Source: a virus
Virus record (IMG/VR): IMGVR_UViG_3300008085_000023
Coordinates: 32,001-96,000 of that record
Direction: 5' to 3' (one strand)
Length of the DNA stretch: 64,000 bases
In this document: positions 21,882-32,338 of the stretch, one piece after another
How the letters are laid out: every line of letters starts with the position of its first letter
How positions within the stretch are numbered: position 1 is the first letter of the stretch
Notes under the pieces: generated by a model
Databases searched by the model: none
The model's input: the letters and a program-made list of their open reading frames with translations, nothing else
What the model was told of the DNA's origin: nothing
Translations under genes and position numbers: made by a program

Positions 21882-22431
21882 CCTTCCATTTGTGGTATAT
21901 TTTCAAAACGTCCATCTTACTCATAGGGACGAACCGACGTACATCTACACCAACATTGATGCGGAGAATGCCATCTATAACGCGTTCCGCCCACTTCTCG
22001 TGAACATGCCCGCACAGAACTAAATCGATTGCGCCGGTTGCCAATAGCGTGTCCACATAAACACACTCGGGCTTATGCACCATAAGGACATTTAGGTTGC
22101 TCATTCGCATGACTGCATATTCAACACCATCCTTGACCTTGTTATTCGAGTCATGATTACCCATGATATGAATAACCTTGGCATTGATCAAATCCTCATA
22201 GTACGTCGCCGGGGCCTTATCTCCCATGACACCCTTTTCGCGTCCATAGGCGCAAAAGTCACCAATATGATACAACGTATCATTAGGTTTTACCCGTTGA
22301 TTAATGATCGTAATCATATGTTTGAGCATATGATCGCGGTCTCGAAACGGGCGTTGGCAATACTTTATTATGCTGCCATGACCGAAATGCAAGTCTGATG
22401 TAAAATAAGCTGCCATTATGTCATTGTCCAA
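21865..22431 (-). CDS. calcineurin-like metallophosphoesterase
   Basis: SDLHFGH, HIGDF, GNHD, CGHVH, NVGVD. Confidence 0.9.
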   Translation of the reverse strand: MDNDIMAAYFTSDLHFGHGSIIKYCQRPFRDRDHMLKHMITIINQRVKPNDTLYHIGDFCAYGREKGVMGDKAPATYYEDLINAKVIHIMGNHDSNNKVKDGVEYAVMRMSNLNVLMVHKPECVYVDTLLATGAIDLVLCGHVHEKWAERVIDGILRINVGVDVRRFVPMSKMDVLKIYHKWKGGQND

Positions 22432-22671
22432 TCGTCTTCATCAATTAGAATTCTACCGTACGTATCTATTGTCGGTTCCGGAAAATCTCCAGGCCATGTA
22501 ACACCAGCAACCATACCTAAACATAACCTGCCATCATACCATGATACTGCATTCTCTACTATGCCAATAATAGTGAAGCGGGAGGATATTCCTCCTGCAC
22601 CCATATCAATCTCCGACTCGCAGAATGAAGGGTATTTCATATCAAAGGATTTTCCGTAGATCTTAATCACT

Positions 22672-23802
22672 TCAGATATCCTCTCGTAGGCGAAGAGCCA
22701 CAGGAAAGCGAGGGGCACCCGTCTTCTTAATGATCGCCTGATACTGCACGGTGAGCATCTGTCCGATGTACTTATCTGGGCTGTCAAAGTACTTCTTCAG
22801 ATCCGCCAGCGAGCCCTTCATTTTGGCGTCAAATGAGTAACCATCCTTCGTCTGGCAGATGAAGATACCATGGCCTGCCATCTTGCCGCGGCCTTCCTTG
22901 ACCCCGGTGATTTCGAATTCGTCATCGTGGAACTTCTTAATCTTCTGCAGATCGTAGGACCGCTTAGAAGGAGAGAAAACATATTCCCCAACCTTGTTCC
23001 GCAGCATGGCGCCTTCGTAACCCACCTCAAGGAAGTGTTCGAACGCAGCTATAGCTTCCATCTCATCCTCAGCTTCAAGGGTTTCTACGATGACCAAATA
23101 CTCGGAGGCCCCTGATATGAGGTCGTCAATGATATAGTGGCGTTCACTGAAGTCCAAACCTGACATGGCTAGGTCGTAAACATGGTGCTGTACTTCCGTG
23201 TGACCTTCAACGGGTTCGTCGTGCCGAATCAAACTCGAGATCTGATCAAAGTCATCATGATACTTATGGTTGTATAGTTCTCCATCAAACACCATGTTAC
23301 GTACATCCAGTGCCTCATATGCTTCTACAATGTGTGGCAAAGAGGTAATGGGCTTCCGTGAGCGTGACCACAAAGCGCACTTCCCCTTGTCGTCAATAAT
23401 GGCCACACAACGATGGCCATCGAACTTGGGCTGAGTGAATGCTGGGAAGTTGATCTTATGCCCAACCTTATCAAATCGATGGGCCAGCATAGGCCAGACA
23501 CCACCTTCAATGATTGCGTCAATCTGCCCGGTTTTTGCCCCGGTTCGTTCCTGTACATGGCCTCGCTTCAGCTTACGTTCCCACTTGGATTGCGCTTCAG
23601 CTTGGGCCTGCTCAGTTGGCGTAGTGGCGTTGGAACGACCAATATTCTTGCCTTCTTTTACTTCATCACGAGATTCCTGCATGGAACCGTCTTCTTGTCC
23701 CCAGCGGGTTACGATGACGTTATCTTCAGTTGAGATCGTCCAAGTCTGGATGGCACCGGATTGACGCTGGCGGTATAGGGTTGGAAATGTTTTAATGTTC
23801 AT
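22672..23802 (-). CDS. ATP-dependent DNA ligase
   Basis: QPKFDGHR, FDGELY, YEGAMLR, KIK, PRFP. Confidence 0.9.
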   Translation of the reverse strand: MNIKTFPTLYRQRQSGAIQTWTISTEDNVIVTRWGQEDGSMQESRDEVKEGKNIGRSNATTPTEQAQAEAQSKWERKLKRGHVQERTGAKTGQIDAIIEGGVWPMLAHRFDKVGHKINFPAFTQPKFDGHRCVAIIDDKGKCALWSRSRKPITSLPHIVEAYEALDVRNMVFDGELYNHKYHDDFDQISSLIRHDEPVEGHTEVQHHVYDLAMSGLDFSERHYIIDDLISGASEYLVIVETLEAEDEMEAIAAFEHFLEVGYEGAMLRNKVGEYVFSPSKRSYDLQKIKKFHDDEFEITGVKEGRGKMAGHGIFICQTKDGYSFDAKMKGSLADLKKYFDSPDKYIGQMLTVQYQAIIKKTGAPRFPVALRLREDI

Positions 23803-24054
23803 ATTCGCTTTCTTTATTTGATGTTCATGAAAAACACGTCGGGAGCTTCAAATATAGATCCGTCAGGGCGGCGTAAACTGTACCAGCCTTCGCCATTATA
23901 AAAATAGGACCTAATGACAACGTATTCCACATTGGCCTCAATGCCCCAAAACTCGCTTGCTCTGTCAGTAATAACTGTAGTTGCCATAGTGTCTTCCTTT
24001 ATTCTGGATCTATTATACACCAATCGATGACCGATGTACACCGTTATTTTGCGA

Positions 24055-24555
24055 TCATCCTTTAAATGTGAATTCCCTCGCATCCTCCAGCTGGAGAAGC
24101 GATTCAAAATCAACGTCCTTACTATTGCCATTTTCAAACGTAATGCGAACCTGTGTGATCACCCGGCATGTCATAAAGTCAGCACTCGGGAATACACCAC
24201 CTGTGATAATGACTGGCTCGCCATTAAAAATGAAGGTGGTAACCATCGTAGGCGGCACGGATTCCTTAAGATTGTCACTATGGACCCACCGACCGGTGAA
24301 AGAGTCCTTGATGATAACTGTACCGTCAAGGATTGGACGATTCCAACCACGAAGACCGGTGCAGTAATAACCGCGGTTTACCCGACGAAACACCATTTCG
24401 TCAGTATTCCAATTCTTCTCCTGGCGGAAGAGGTTCCAGTCACGACCGTTAACTTTACAAATAAACTCCTGACATTCCGAGAACGTGCGGCCCTCAACTC
24501 CGCCTTCCTTAACAAAATCGATGATTCTTTGACGCTTGGTGATCTGCTTGCTCAT
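24055..24555 (-). CDS. hypothetical protein
   Basis: 166 aa, AGGA RBS, after early promoter. Confidence 0.6.
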   Translation of the reverse strand: MSKQITKRQRIIDFVKEGGVEGRTFSECQEFICKVNGRDWNLFRQEKNWNTDEMVFRRVNRGYYCTGLRGWNRPILDGTVIIKDSFTGRWVHSDNLKESVPPTMVTTFIFNGEPVIITGGVFPSADFMTCRVITQVRITFENGNSKDVDFESLLQLEDAREFTFKG

Positions 24556-24590
24556 ACTGTATCCTCTTCCTTTAACTTGTTCCTAATATT

Positions 24591-24785
24591 ATTATACCAC
24601 AGTTTCCACGGCTATGTACACCATTATTTTCATCCAGAAGGTACTTTTTGCTAAGTATGGCTTCAGAAGGCACTTACACAATCACTTTTGAGACAAAAAC
24701 GCCCTCGATGGGCTCAAAATGACCCATGAGGGCGTAAAATGCATAAGTAGGGCTCTAGCTGCCGCTTACATACTGTAGTTTTGAA
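24591..24785 (-). repeat. early promoter plus extended intergenic module
   Basis: Close homolog of 20428-20625. Confidence 0.75.
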
Positions 24786-24796
24786 ATACCATCATA

Positions 24797-25438
24797 TCAG
24801 GTATCGTCTGAGGCCAACGATAGAAGAACTACAGCCAAAACATCCTCGTGAACCTCTTCCAAAGACCTATTAGCGTCAATTGTAGTGAAGCGGTGGTTAT
24901 TATCAGCCGCCGCGAGGCCACGATATCCATTAGCGACCCGATTATGGAAGTTCATGGATTCACGTTCCATACGATCGAGGTTTGCCTTTCCTTTGGTCTC
25001 TTTAAAGATACGTTCGAACCCTGCCTCAACTGGAAGGTCAAGTAAGATTGTAATATCCGGCATCAGTTCCTGCGTGGCAAATGAGTTGAGTGCTTCAATA
25101 TCTTTTAGCGGGAACTTCCGGCCATAGCCTTGATAAGCCATGGTTGAGTCGATGAAGCGATCTGAAAGCACAATTGTATTTTGCGCTAATGCCGGGCCAA
25201 TGACTTCATGGATGAGCTGTGCGCGACTTGCTTCGAACAATAGCGTTTCAGCTACTGGAGAAATGTTAGGTCCACATGAATCGTGCTGTAGGATATTCCG
25301 TACAGCTTCACCCATGATCGTTCCGCCTGGTTCTCGTACAGTGATCACATCGTAATTGCTAAGCGTTAAGCGATCAGCGAGCATTTTGAGTTGAGTTGAT
25401 TTGCCCGATCCTTCGGGTCCTTCGAATGTAATAAACAT
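24797..25438 (-). CDS. tmk: thymidylate (dNMP) kinase
   Basis: FITFEGPEGSGKSTQ, REPGGT, DRFIDSTMAYQGYGR. Confidence 0.95.
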   Translation of the reverse strand: MFITFEGPEGSGKSTQLKMLADRLTLSNYDVITVREPGGTIMGEAVRNILQHDSCGPNISPVAETLLFEASRAQLIHEVIGPALAQNTIVLSDRFIDSTMAYQGYGRKFPLKDIEALNSFATQELMPDITILLDLPVEAGFERIFKETKGKANLDRMERESMNFHNRVANGYRGLAAADNNHRFTTIDANRSLEEVHEDVLAVVLLSLASDDT

Positions 25439-25580
25439 GTTTGCCTTTCTACGTACCACCCCCGATATTCAGGATAAATGGTTTCTAATTTACTTTATTG
25501 TTACTTTTTGATTTTGGATATTCTAGAGGCTTATCGTTAGAATTTTTAGCTTTCGTGCGACATACTCTGGAATTCCATGC

Positions 25581-25860
25581 TCAATACAGTGTTTTTTGAA
25601 TGTTGGCATTACGTTCTAAAATGAGTTCGCCATGCTCATTGAACACTTTATAAGACTTAGCGGCGGGGTTCTTATCGCCTAGACGTGATTTTACATAATT
25701 TTCTCGGTTAGATTTCTTCACCCCATACCACGGGCACTCTGAACCTCGTTTCCCTTTCCAATGCGATTTAGTCATACCAAAGCAGCCTTTACCATTCGCA
25801 TATGCCATATTGATATATAATGGATTACGCACTGCGTTAACGCTATGCTGTAGTGAATTT
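25581..25860 (-). pseudogene. C-terminal remnant of GIY-YIG/NUMOD homing endonuclease
   Basis: LQHSVNAVRNPLYINMAYA and GDKNPAAK motifs; no GIY-YIG N-terminus. Confidence 0.5.
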
Positions 25861-25864
25861 TCTT

Positions 25865-27061
25865 TTACATGAATTCATTAAGTGTTACACACGGCATAGG
25901 CGCAATTGACGAAGTTTGCTTCTTATTATCCTGCACTAGGAATGACGTTGTTACTGTGTCTCGCTTGCCGTTTAGGTACGCTAGTATCTCGCTAGCGAGA
26001 TCAGCAGCCGTTGTCACTGGAACTGACTGGCATATCATATTTAAGTTCTTCAACCCACCTTGTAACTGAAAATCGCTAGGCATCTTCATAATTGCCAAAC
26101 ATTCACGGACTGTAAGGAAGCGTTCTTCGAAAGGATGCATCAATTGCGATGGCGTGTGTCCTACAAACGCACCTATGTGATCCTTTGGAAATTCACAGAT
26201 CTTTCGCATAATGTTTCCCCCAGACGCGAGCTTCACTTTGATTTCCCGACAACGCGCGGCTTTCTTGAGCTCACCTTGTTGTTCCATCCATTTAGCTACT
26301 TCATCATATGAGATGCCATTGTCTTCAATGAGGCTCATACCATTAATTGACTTCACCTGCTTCTCCACGATTTCTGCGTGGGTGAAGTTAGGATATATCT
26401 TCGTTCTAATGAAGCGGTAATATGGATCATCCATTGGCGCTCTATTATTAGCTGGCATATTCATAGGATCATCCTTCGATACAAACGCATTCAGAATTGT
26501 TTCATCAATCGTTTCATGCTTTCTGCGAAAGTACTTCAGGATAGGCGTCTCTGTACCTTTCCAAAAGAAATAGAATGACCTGTCCCTCACTTGACTCAAG
26601 CCATGCAGTATAGACTTAGTCTTGTAAAGCGAAAAGGTATAGCCATTATACTTCGCTATCTCACGTAGTCTATTCACGGTTGGCTCGCCCATCTTACTTG
26701 CAAGACGAGGTGCATTCTCTCCCCAAAAGACCTTTGGCTCTAGTTCAGATAGAACATACTTAGCCGTAATTGTCATCCAATCATTTGTAGTCGACTCAGC
26801 AGCAGCCGATGGTGATAATGAAGATAGCCCTGCGCATGGGCAGAGGGTTGTCACAATATCAACTGGCGCAAGCTTAAAAGACTTCGCTTCATTCTTATCA
26901 ATGAACATATACGGCACATTTGGGCGGTATGCACGGTATTGCGCATCATTCGCAGCAAAGGGAGTGTATGACAAGATATATTCAGGCGGTCTTTTGAAGA
27001 CGTGCTCCATAGCAATGGGCATTCCTCCAATTAGAGGTATAATTACGGCGTGTTTATTCAT
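25865..27061 (-). CDS. DNA cytosine-C5 methyltransferase-like protein
   Basis: PCAGLS (IV), ENAP (VI), QVRDRS (VIII), RFLTVRECLAIM (IX), QSVP (X); motif I divergent (PLIGG). Confidence 0.75.
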   Translation of the reverse strand: MNKHAVIIPLIGGMPIAMEHVFKRPPEYILSYTPFAANDAQYRAYRPNVPYMFIDKNEAKSFKLAPVDIVTTLCPCAGLSSLSPSAAAESTTNDWMTITAKYVLSELEPKVFWGENAPRLASKMGEPTVNRLREIAKYNGYTFSLYKTKSILHGLSQVRDRSFYFFWKGTETPILKYFRRKHETIDETILNAFVSKDDPMNMPANNRAPMDDPYYRFIRTKIYPNFTHAEIVEKQVKSINGMSLIEDNGISYDEVAKWMEQQGELKKAARCREIKVKLASGGNIMRKICEFPKDHIGAFVGHTPSQLMHPFEERFLTVRECLAIMKMPSDFQLQGGLKNLNMICQSVPVTTAADLASEILAYLNGKRDTVTTSFLVQDNKKQTSSIAPMPCVTLNEFM

Positions 27062-27623
27062 TTTTATGTTTTCTTTTTATGTGTAAGGCCACATTTCCTG
27101 CATTATTTTTATAATCACAATGCGGGCATTGGACCAATTTATGCATTGCACCTAAGCATTTTGCTCTCTTAATAGGATCTTGCATATGTTCTGTAGTACG
27201 GCGCGACCGTAACTTTTGCGAATCTTCACTCTTGTAGTAGTTTTCTTTAAAGGTTTCTCCCTGTTTTTTCTTAAGTGCTTCATCTTTCATACGTTCGCTT
27301 TGAGCCTTTGATCTATGTGCACTGAGATCTTCAATTCCTGAAATGTATGGGCCGCAACCACCGCCAGATGCAACGTTCCAACCCATCTTCTGTTTTGGTC
27401 TCAATTTCTTTTCCATTTGATAGCACTCTTCAATATCACCTTTAAAAATAATATCAACATCTTCTAACTTCAAATTATGAATTCGAATCCAATGATGCAT
27501 TGTACAATGTGGATCGCCTTGATGTGCTTTCCATCGTTTGTTAAGATGCTTCGTAACACCAATATAACCGTGATCTAAATCGCTACATTTAGGATCCCGA
27601 ATGTGATAAACATACCCTGTCAT
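27054..27623 (-). CDS. GIY-YIG homing endonuclease
   Basis: GYVYHI...GYIGVT...RWKAH, GWNVASGG, CPHC; TATAAATA upstream. Confidence 0.8.
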   Translation of the reverse strand: MTGYVYHIRDPKCSDLDHGYIGVTKHLNKRWKAHQGDPHCTMHHWIRIHNLKLEDVDIIFKGDIEECYQMEKKLRPKQKMGWNVASGGGCGPYISGIEDLSAHRSKAQSERMKDEALKKKQGETFKENYYKSEDSQKLRSRRTTEHMQDPIKRAKCLGAMHKLVQCPHCDYKNNAGNVALHIKRKHKNE

Positions 27624-27701
27624 AATTAACTCCTTGCGCTGGTTTGTGTTATTTATAACTAGCAAACTTTTCACCAGCGCAAGGGCTGCTACAGAGCATG
27701 T

Positions 27702-28940
27702 TTAACTCGCAATTTTAGCCTCCGCAGTAGCGAACATTTCAGCAAAGACATTCTCTGCATCCTGATGTTCTTTGTAGAACTCATACGCCATGTGGCGCCA
27801 TTCATCTCTCATGCCATCATCGGCTTCGAGCTTCTTAATCAATTCAAATGCCTTAGACATTTCAACAATATCTTCAGCCAACCAAACTGTGCCGTTATCC
27901 TTACACTCAATAAGTGGATCACCTGACACACGGTGATGGCATTGCTTGCCATAAAGCTCGCGAAAAACTGGCACCACACCGGCACACACGATTTCCATGT
28001 GGGTGTACTCTAATGCCCGGCGCTGGAAGCGCGGCTTGAATACCGTCAGTTGATAACCAAAGCCACAACGTGACATGCGGTCGAGCATTTCAGCATGGAC
28101 GTAAGGTCCAAACACTTGGACAGGTTTTCCGTATGCATTAGACAAATCGTCAGTGGCAATATCATCATCTTTTCCAATATGCCCGTCAAACTCACCTAGC
28201 TGCCGGAAGCCAAGGTATGCCGGGGAACGTTCAATGCCCTCAAACGTTGTCAGGCAGCCATTACCCTTAAGATAGCAATCATGGAACTGGAACAGTTTAT
28301 CATAACCCTTCCAAGACGTGGTTCGGCCAATCCATTTGTGATGCTTGGCATCCTGAATTGAAATATCATCTTTCCAATATTGATCACGGATCGTATCGAA
28401 ATACAGACCAACCTGATAGTCGAAAATCTCAATTTCGTCTTCACCAAAGAAACTGCTAAGCTCGCCTACTTCTTTGTACTCTTTGACATACTGACCAAAG
28501 TCATTATCTGGGCTGAGTGAGAATATGACGCCGGCCTTGTCAATAACTTCATCCATACATTCATTCCTACGAATAGATGCACTCATGTGATCTAACTGCA
28601 CAAGCATTACAGGAACGCTAATGGCTTCAATCAAACGCTTGAAGTTTGCAATACATTCAACAGGATGTCCCTTGGATGGCAACGAATTGATGATGACATA
28701 ATCACACGTATTACACGCATGAATGACAGTGTCAACTGCAGCATTATCCTTAAACTTCACTAGCTCAATTGCGCTGTTATCATGAGCATTCTTTCGAGTC
28801 CATGCTTTATCCGCCACCGAAAAAATGGTCGTGTCATACCCATGTTCAATCAACCAACGGTTTTGCTCCAGGGTAAACTTTGTTACGCCACACCCTTCGG
28901 TGCCGCGGCCCAATATGATTGCTACTTTTTTGCTTCTCAT
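27702..28940 (-). CDS. agt: DNA alpha-glucosyltransferase (T4 agt-like)
   Basis: GRGTEGCGVTKFTLEQ, WIGRTTSWKG, GFGYQL, LEYTHME match T4 alpha-gt. Confidence 0.9.
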   Translation of the reverse strand: MRSKKVAIILGRGTEGCGVTKFTLEQNRWLIEHGYDTTIFSVADKAWTRKNAHDNSAIELVKFKDNAAVDTVIHACNTCDYVIINSLPSKGHPVECIANFKRLIEAISVPVMLVQLDHMSASIRRNECMDEVIDKAGVIFSLSPDNDFGQYVKEYKEVGELSSFFGEDEIEIFDYQVGLYFDTIRDQYWKDDISIQDAKHHKWIGRTTSWKGYDKLFQFHDCYLKGNGCLTTFEGIERSPAYLGFRQLGEFDGHIGKDDDIATDDLSNAYGKPVQVFGPYVHAEMLDRMSRCGFGYQLTVFKPRFQRRALEYTHMEIVCAGVVPVFRELYGKQCHHRVSGDPLIECKDNGTVWLAEDIVEMSKAFELIKKLEADDGMRDEWRHMAYEFYKEHQDAENVFAEMFATAEAKIAS

Positions 28941-29417
28941 TTATTTCTCCTTATTATATCTTTTGTTTAGTGTGTTTTTTATAGCTTTAGCTATTGATAA
29001 TTCTTGCATTTGTCGAGCTAAAAATGAATCGGTAAATTGCTTTAAAAGTTTCATATCATCAATTCTCCATCCATGCATTGTTTGCCGTGATGTTGGTCGG
29101 AACAACCTAGCAGTGTATGTTTGAAAGTTGAATCGTCTGTCCTTTGGAACTTCGTATATTGATATTTGTGATGATTCATCATATGTTACAAATACCAATC
29201 GATCTACATTTAGGCATTTCTTTAATTGATTCGCTCTAATTGTGCACAATTCACCACTATGGTGATGCAATGGATATTGAGTTTTCACTTCAATAGTTTC
29301 GTTATTGGGTCCAATAAGATCCTTTTCTGCATCAAAATAATTTACAGAAAATTTAGCATTTAATAATTCTGCAACAATCTTCTCACCAATATCACCAAGT
29401 TGTTTGTTCATATTCAT
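28941..29417 (-). CDS. PD-(D/E)XK nuclease-like protein
   Basis: GDIGEKIV...KDL...IEVKTQ; AT-rich. Confidence 0.6.
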   Translation of the reverse strand: MNMNKQLGDIGEKIVAELLNAKFSVNYFDAEKDLIGPNNETIEVKTQYPLHHHSGELCTIRANQLKKCLNVDRLVFVTYDESSQISIYEVPKDRRFNFQTYTARLFRPTSRQTMHGWRIDDMKLLKQFTDSFLARQMQELSIAKAIKNTLNKRYNKEK

Positions 29418-29426
29418 AATATTTCT

Positions 29427-29894
29427 CTACATCTCAATCGCAATATGATCAACGCCGGCTTCGTTAAAATAATCCAACGCTTTACGACAAGACTCCACCC
29501 AACGTTGGGGGAGCTGTTTAAGCTCAACTACTACTCGTTTTATTCCAACTTGAATAATGCCCTTAGCGCATTCCTCACATACAAACAACCCATGGATGTA
29601 TATCGTAGATCCTGTAAGAGACACACCCTTTGATGTGGCGTTATATATCGCGTTCATTTCACCATGAACCATTAATTCATATTTAAGTTTACGGATTTGC
29701 AAGCGGGGAATGCGATCCTGTATTCCTCTAGGGAATCCATTATAACCTAAGCTTAAGACATTCCTATCATCATCTACAATCACTGCTCCAACTTTCGTTG
29801 AAGGGTCCTTAGACCAGCCAGATATATGCTTCGCCAGATCTAAGAATCTTATATCCCACTTCGGGGAATACACAACTATTCTACTTTTATCCAT
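29427..29894 (-). CDS. cd: dCMP deaminase
   Basis: SKDPSTKVGAVI, GYNGFPRG, HGEMNAI, CEECAK. Confidence 0.95.
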   Translation of the reverse strand: MDKSRIVVYSPKWDIRFLDLAKHISGWSKDPSTKVGAVIVDDDRNVLSLGYNGFPRGIQDRIPRLQIRKLKYELMVHGEMNAIYNATSKGVSLTGSTIYIHGLFVCEECAKGIIQVGIKRVVVELKQLPQRWVESCRKALDYFNEAGVDHIAIEM

Positions 29895-29895
29895 A

Positions 29896-30504
29896 CTATG
29901 CCTTTTCCGGTCTGCAGTTATCAAAATGATATCTTGTCATATTTTGTTTCCCGCCAGATTTTCCACAATGAGGGCATTCAACAATCTGTTGTGGTGCAGA
30001 CTTACCCTTATTCCACGTAGGCTTTCCTGCGCGGTTTTCTGACATTTTCTTACGACTTTCAAGAGTATGCCCTCGGCCGAACATAGAATTCTTTTCACCA
30101 GCCATAGCTTTACTTTGAGCAGGGCGTTTTTGGCCAATGAGAGTCTTGGACATAATACTCGCTCTTTGTCTCTGTTCAGCTTTTCGTTCAGGTGTCCAAG
30201 CATCTCTAAGTTTTTGCTTGGTGTCATCATCATGAATAAAACCAATACGCCAACCTTGCGAACCGCCGACTGCTCGGTTCCACCCAATACCTTTAGTCGG
30301 TCGTAATTCAAATTCGCGTTCAAAACACTCTTCTCGAGAACCTTCATAAATGATTTTAACTTTTGCATTAGATGGTATATTTTTAGTCTTTAGCAAATGA
30401 GTTTTAAAACGGCGCGCAACATTTGCTGTAACTCCAACGTAACCATCGTTTTTAATGTTTTGACACGTTTCATCATACACCCAGTACACATAAGTAGTTT
30501 CCAT
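29896..30504 (-). CDS. GIY-YIG/NUMOD3 homing endonuclease
   Basis: YVYWV...GYVGVT...RFKTH, HTLESRKKMSE, CPHCGK; TATAAATA upstream. Confidence 0.85.
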   Translation of the reverse strand: METTYVYWVYDETCQNIKNDGYVGVTANVARRFKTHLLKTKNIPSNAKVKIIYEGSREECFEREFELRPTKGIGWNRAVGGSQGWRIGFIHDDDTKQKLRDAWTPERKAEQRQRASIMSKTLIGQKRPAQSKAMAGEKNSMFGRGHTLESRKKMSENRAGKPTWNKGKSAPQQIVECPHCGKSGGKQNMTRYHFDNCRPEKA

Positions 30505-30550
30505 ATTCAGCCTTTCGTAATTATTTATACAAAAGGCTGTTTTGAAATGA

Positions 30551-31255
30551 TTATGCTTGGCTTCCCTCAGGCACTACAAGTTTGAAGTGTCGTTCATATA
30601 CATGCAGATTCATGACCTGCCAGATTAAATCGCCAGCTTCTAACTTGCGCTGAGGATCATCTCGATCACGCGCCATGTTCATATTCATTAGCACCATATT
30701 TTGCACATATCGCGCCCAAGAGTAATCATTCATATATCCGTAAACTACGTCATTGGAACGCATCTGTGATACCATATGAAGCTTACCATCTCTGATATAA
30801 AATGACTGAGCGTTAGTGCAGATGAAGTCATTCTTCCCATCTTCATTATATTCAAGCCACATGCTTGGCCGATTATAAATGATCTGAGCTCTGCGCGAAT
30901 CTGGATTCACAAGAAGCTCAGTGACAGCGTGCTTAAACTGGTTGTAATACTTCTTTGAAAAGATAAGCTTTCCATAATTAGAATTAACCTCACCGTGTTT
31001 GTTGGCCGATACCGCCCATGCTTTTGGAATCGATCCATAGATTTCACCTAGTGTATTAACATTAGCATCTTCAGATTCATACCACTTGATCTCTGCATCA
31101 ATATAAACGTTATTAGGGTTACCAAAGATTGCAGGTTCGTCTGCGATAAATGAAGCGCCAATGAGCTCAATGGTCTTAGCGCCTGTACGATCGATGGTAA
31201 AATCTTCATGCATTAGAGCTGTGCGGAAGTGTCTTCGTATCTGATCTACGTTCAT
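30551..31255 (-). CDS. gp42: dCMP hydroxymethylase (T4 gp42-like)
   Basis: NSNYG, DSRRA, DFICTN, MRSNDVVYGYMND (Asp specificity residue), LHVYERHF. Confidence 0.9.
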   Translation of the reverse strand: MNVDQIRRHFRTALMHEDFTIDRTGAKTIELIGASFIADEPAIFGNPNNVYIDAEIKWYESEDANVNTLGEIYGSIPKAWAVSANKHGEVNSNYGKLIFSKKYYNQFKHAVTELLVNPDSRRAQIIYNRPSMWLEYNEDGKNDFICTNAQSFYIRDGKLHMVSQMRSNDVVYGYMNDYSWARYVQNMVLMNMNMARDRDDPQRKLEAGDLIWQVMNLHVYERHFKLVVPEGSQA

Positions 31256-31269
31256 AATTATATTTCCTT

Positions 31270-31716
31270 TCAATGCCGAGCGGCAATCTTGCGCTGTTTG
31301 TGCCAGTCTTTTTTACGTAATTCACCGAGCTCAAATGTACACTCAGTTAAAAGCTCCGGCTCAGACTTACCGGCAACCTCGGCGAATTCATCACCGAGTT
31401 TAGGTGACTGATCGCCTTTCCAACGATCATCCGCAGCCTTACCATACATTGTCTGAATCTTGAGAATGCAAAGCTGGGTAAGAGCATGGTCAATATGCGG
31501 GAGGCCACTCTCAGGATCATCATCTTCACCCAGAAAGAACTTCGTGAGGTGTCGCTGTATGGATCCATAGGTACGGGAATAAAGAGTCCCGTTGAGGTCC
31601 TCACGCCAATTGTTAGCACCGTACTTGGCTTTGCCCATTGCAAATACTTGAGCGATCGCCATAATACACTCAGGCGGAATCAGTTCGATCGTCGGTTTTC
31701 CTGCATCATTCTTCAT
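31270..31716 (-). CDS. DUF5664 dATP/dGTP diphosphohydrolase-like protein
   Basis: KNDAGK...GKAKYGANNW...RHL...GEDDDPESGLPHIDHA. Confidence 0.8.
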   Translation of the reverse strand: MKNDAGKPTIELIPPECIMAIAQVFAMGKAKYGANNWREDLNGTLYSRTYGSIQRHLTKFFLGEDDDPESGLPHIDHALTQLCILKIQTMYGKAADDRWKGDQSPKLGDEFAEVAGKSEPELLTECTFELGELRKKDWHKQRKIAARH

Positions 31717-32150
31717 TACTGTTGCTCCCCTAAAATCATTGGAATGTCGCCGTGATTGCCTTTATGATTTGGATTCTTCCAGCCCAAAGGTTTAATCAAA
31801 TCTGGGAGACCAAATTTATTAGGACGCTCAGCTTTAACACCAGGCTCCTTTGCCATATTAGCATTAAGGATTGTATCCCATGCCTTATGTGCATCAACAC
31901 CCAGAACTTCAAGTGTTCCAATTGCAAAGACACACAAATCAATGAGACCATCAACCACTTCTTCACTGTCGCCTTGTACTAAAGCAGCAGAGAAAGTCTC
32001 AGCTAACTCTTCATTAATCATCAACAAGCGAAAAGACAGATACTTGCGAAGAGTATCGATATTCCCATCGTCAATCTGTTGTTTCATCCACGTATTCACA
32101 CCAAACTTTTGGTGCATTGCTTTCATATCACTAAACCAGTCTACTGACAT
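31716..32150 (-). CDS. MazG-like all-alpha dNTP pyrophosphatase (probable dCTPase/dUTPase)
   Basis: EELAE...EEVVDGLIDL...NMAK...DLIKP.GW. Confidence 0.8.
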   Translation of the reverse strand: MSVDWFSDMKAMHQKFGVNTWMKQQIDDGNIDTLRKYLSFRLLMINEELAETFSAALVQGDSEEVVDGLIDLCVFAIGTLEVLGVDAHKAWDTILNANMAKEPGVKAERPNKFGLPDLIKPLGWKNPNHKGNHGDIPMILGEQQ

Positions 32151-32338
32151 AATGTATTCTCCTTTGAGTTCTTGTGAAATTTGTTCGAGTTAGTATTAAT
32201 TGTCATGGATCTAATATACCATAAAGTAGACATCTTGTACACCATTATTTTTCATCTACAGAAGGCCGTCAGGATCACTGAAGTCTTGCTGGCTATATGT
32301 TTACCTTGATTCATATGACGATGAGCTTCTAGAGTGAC

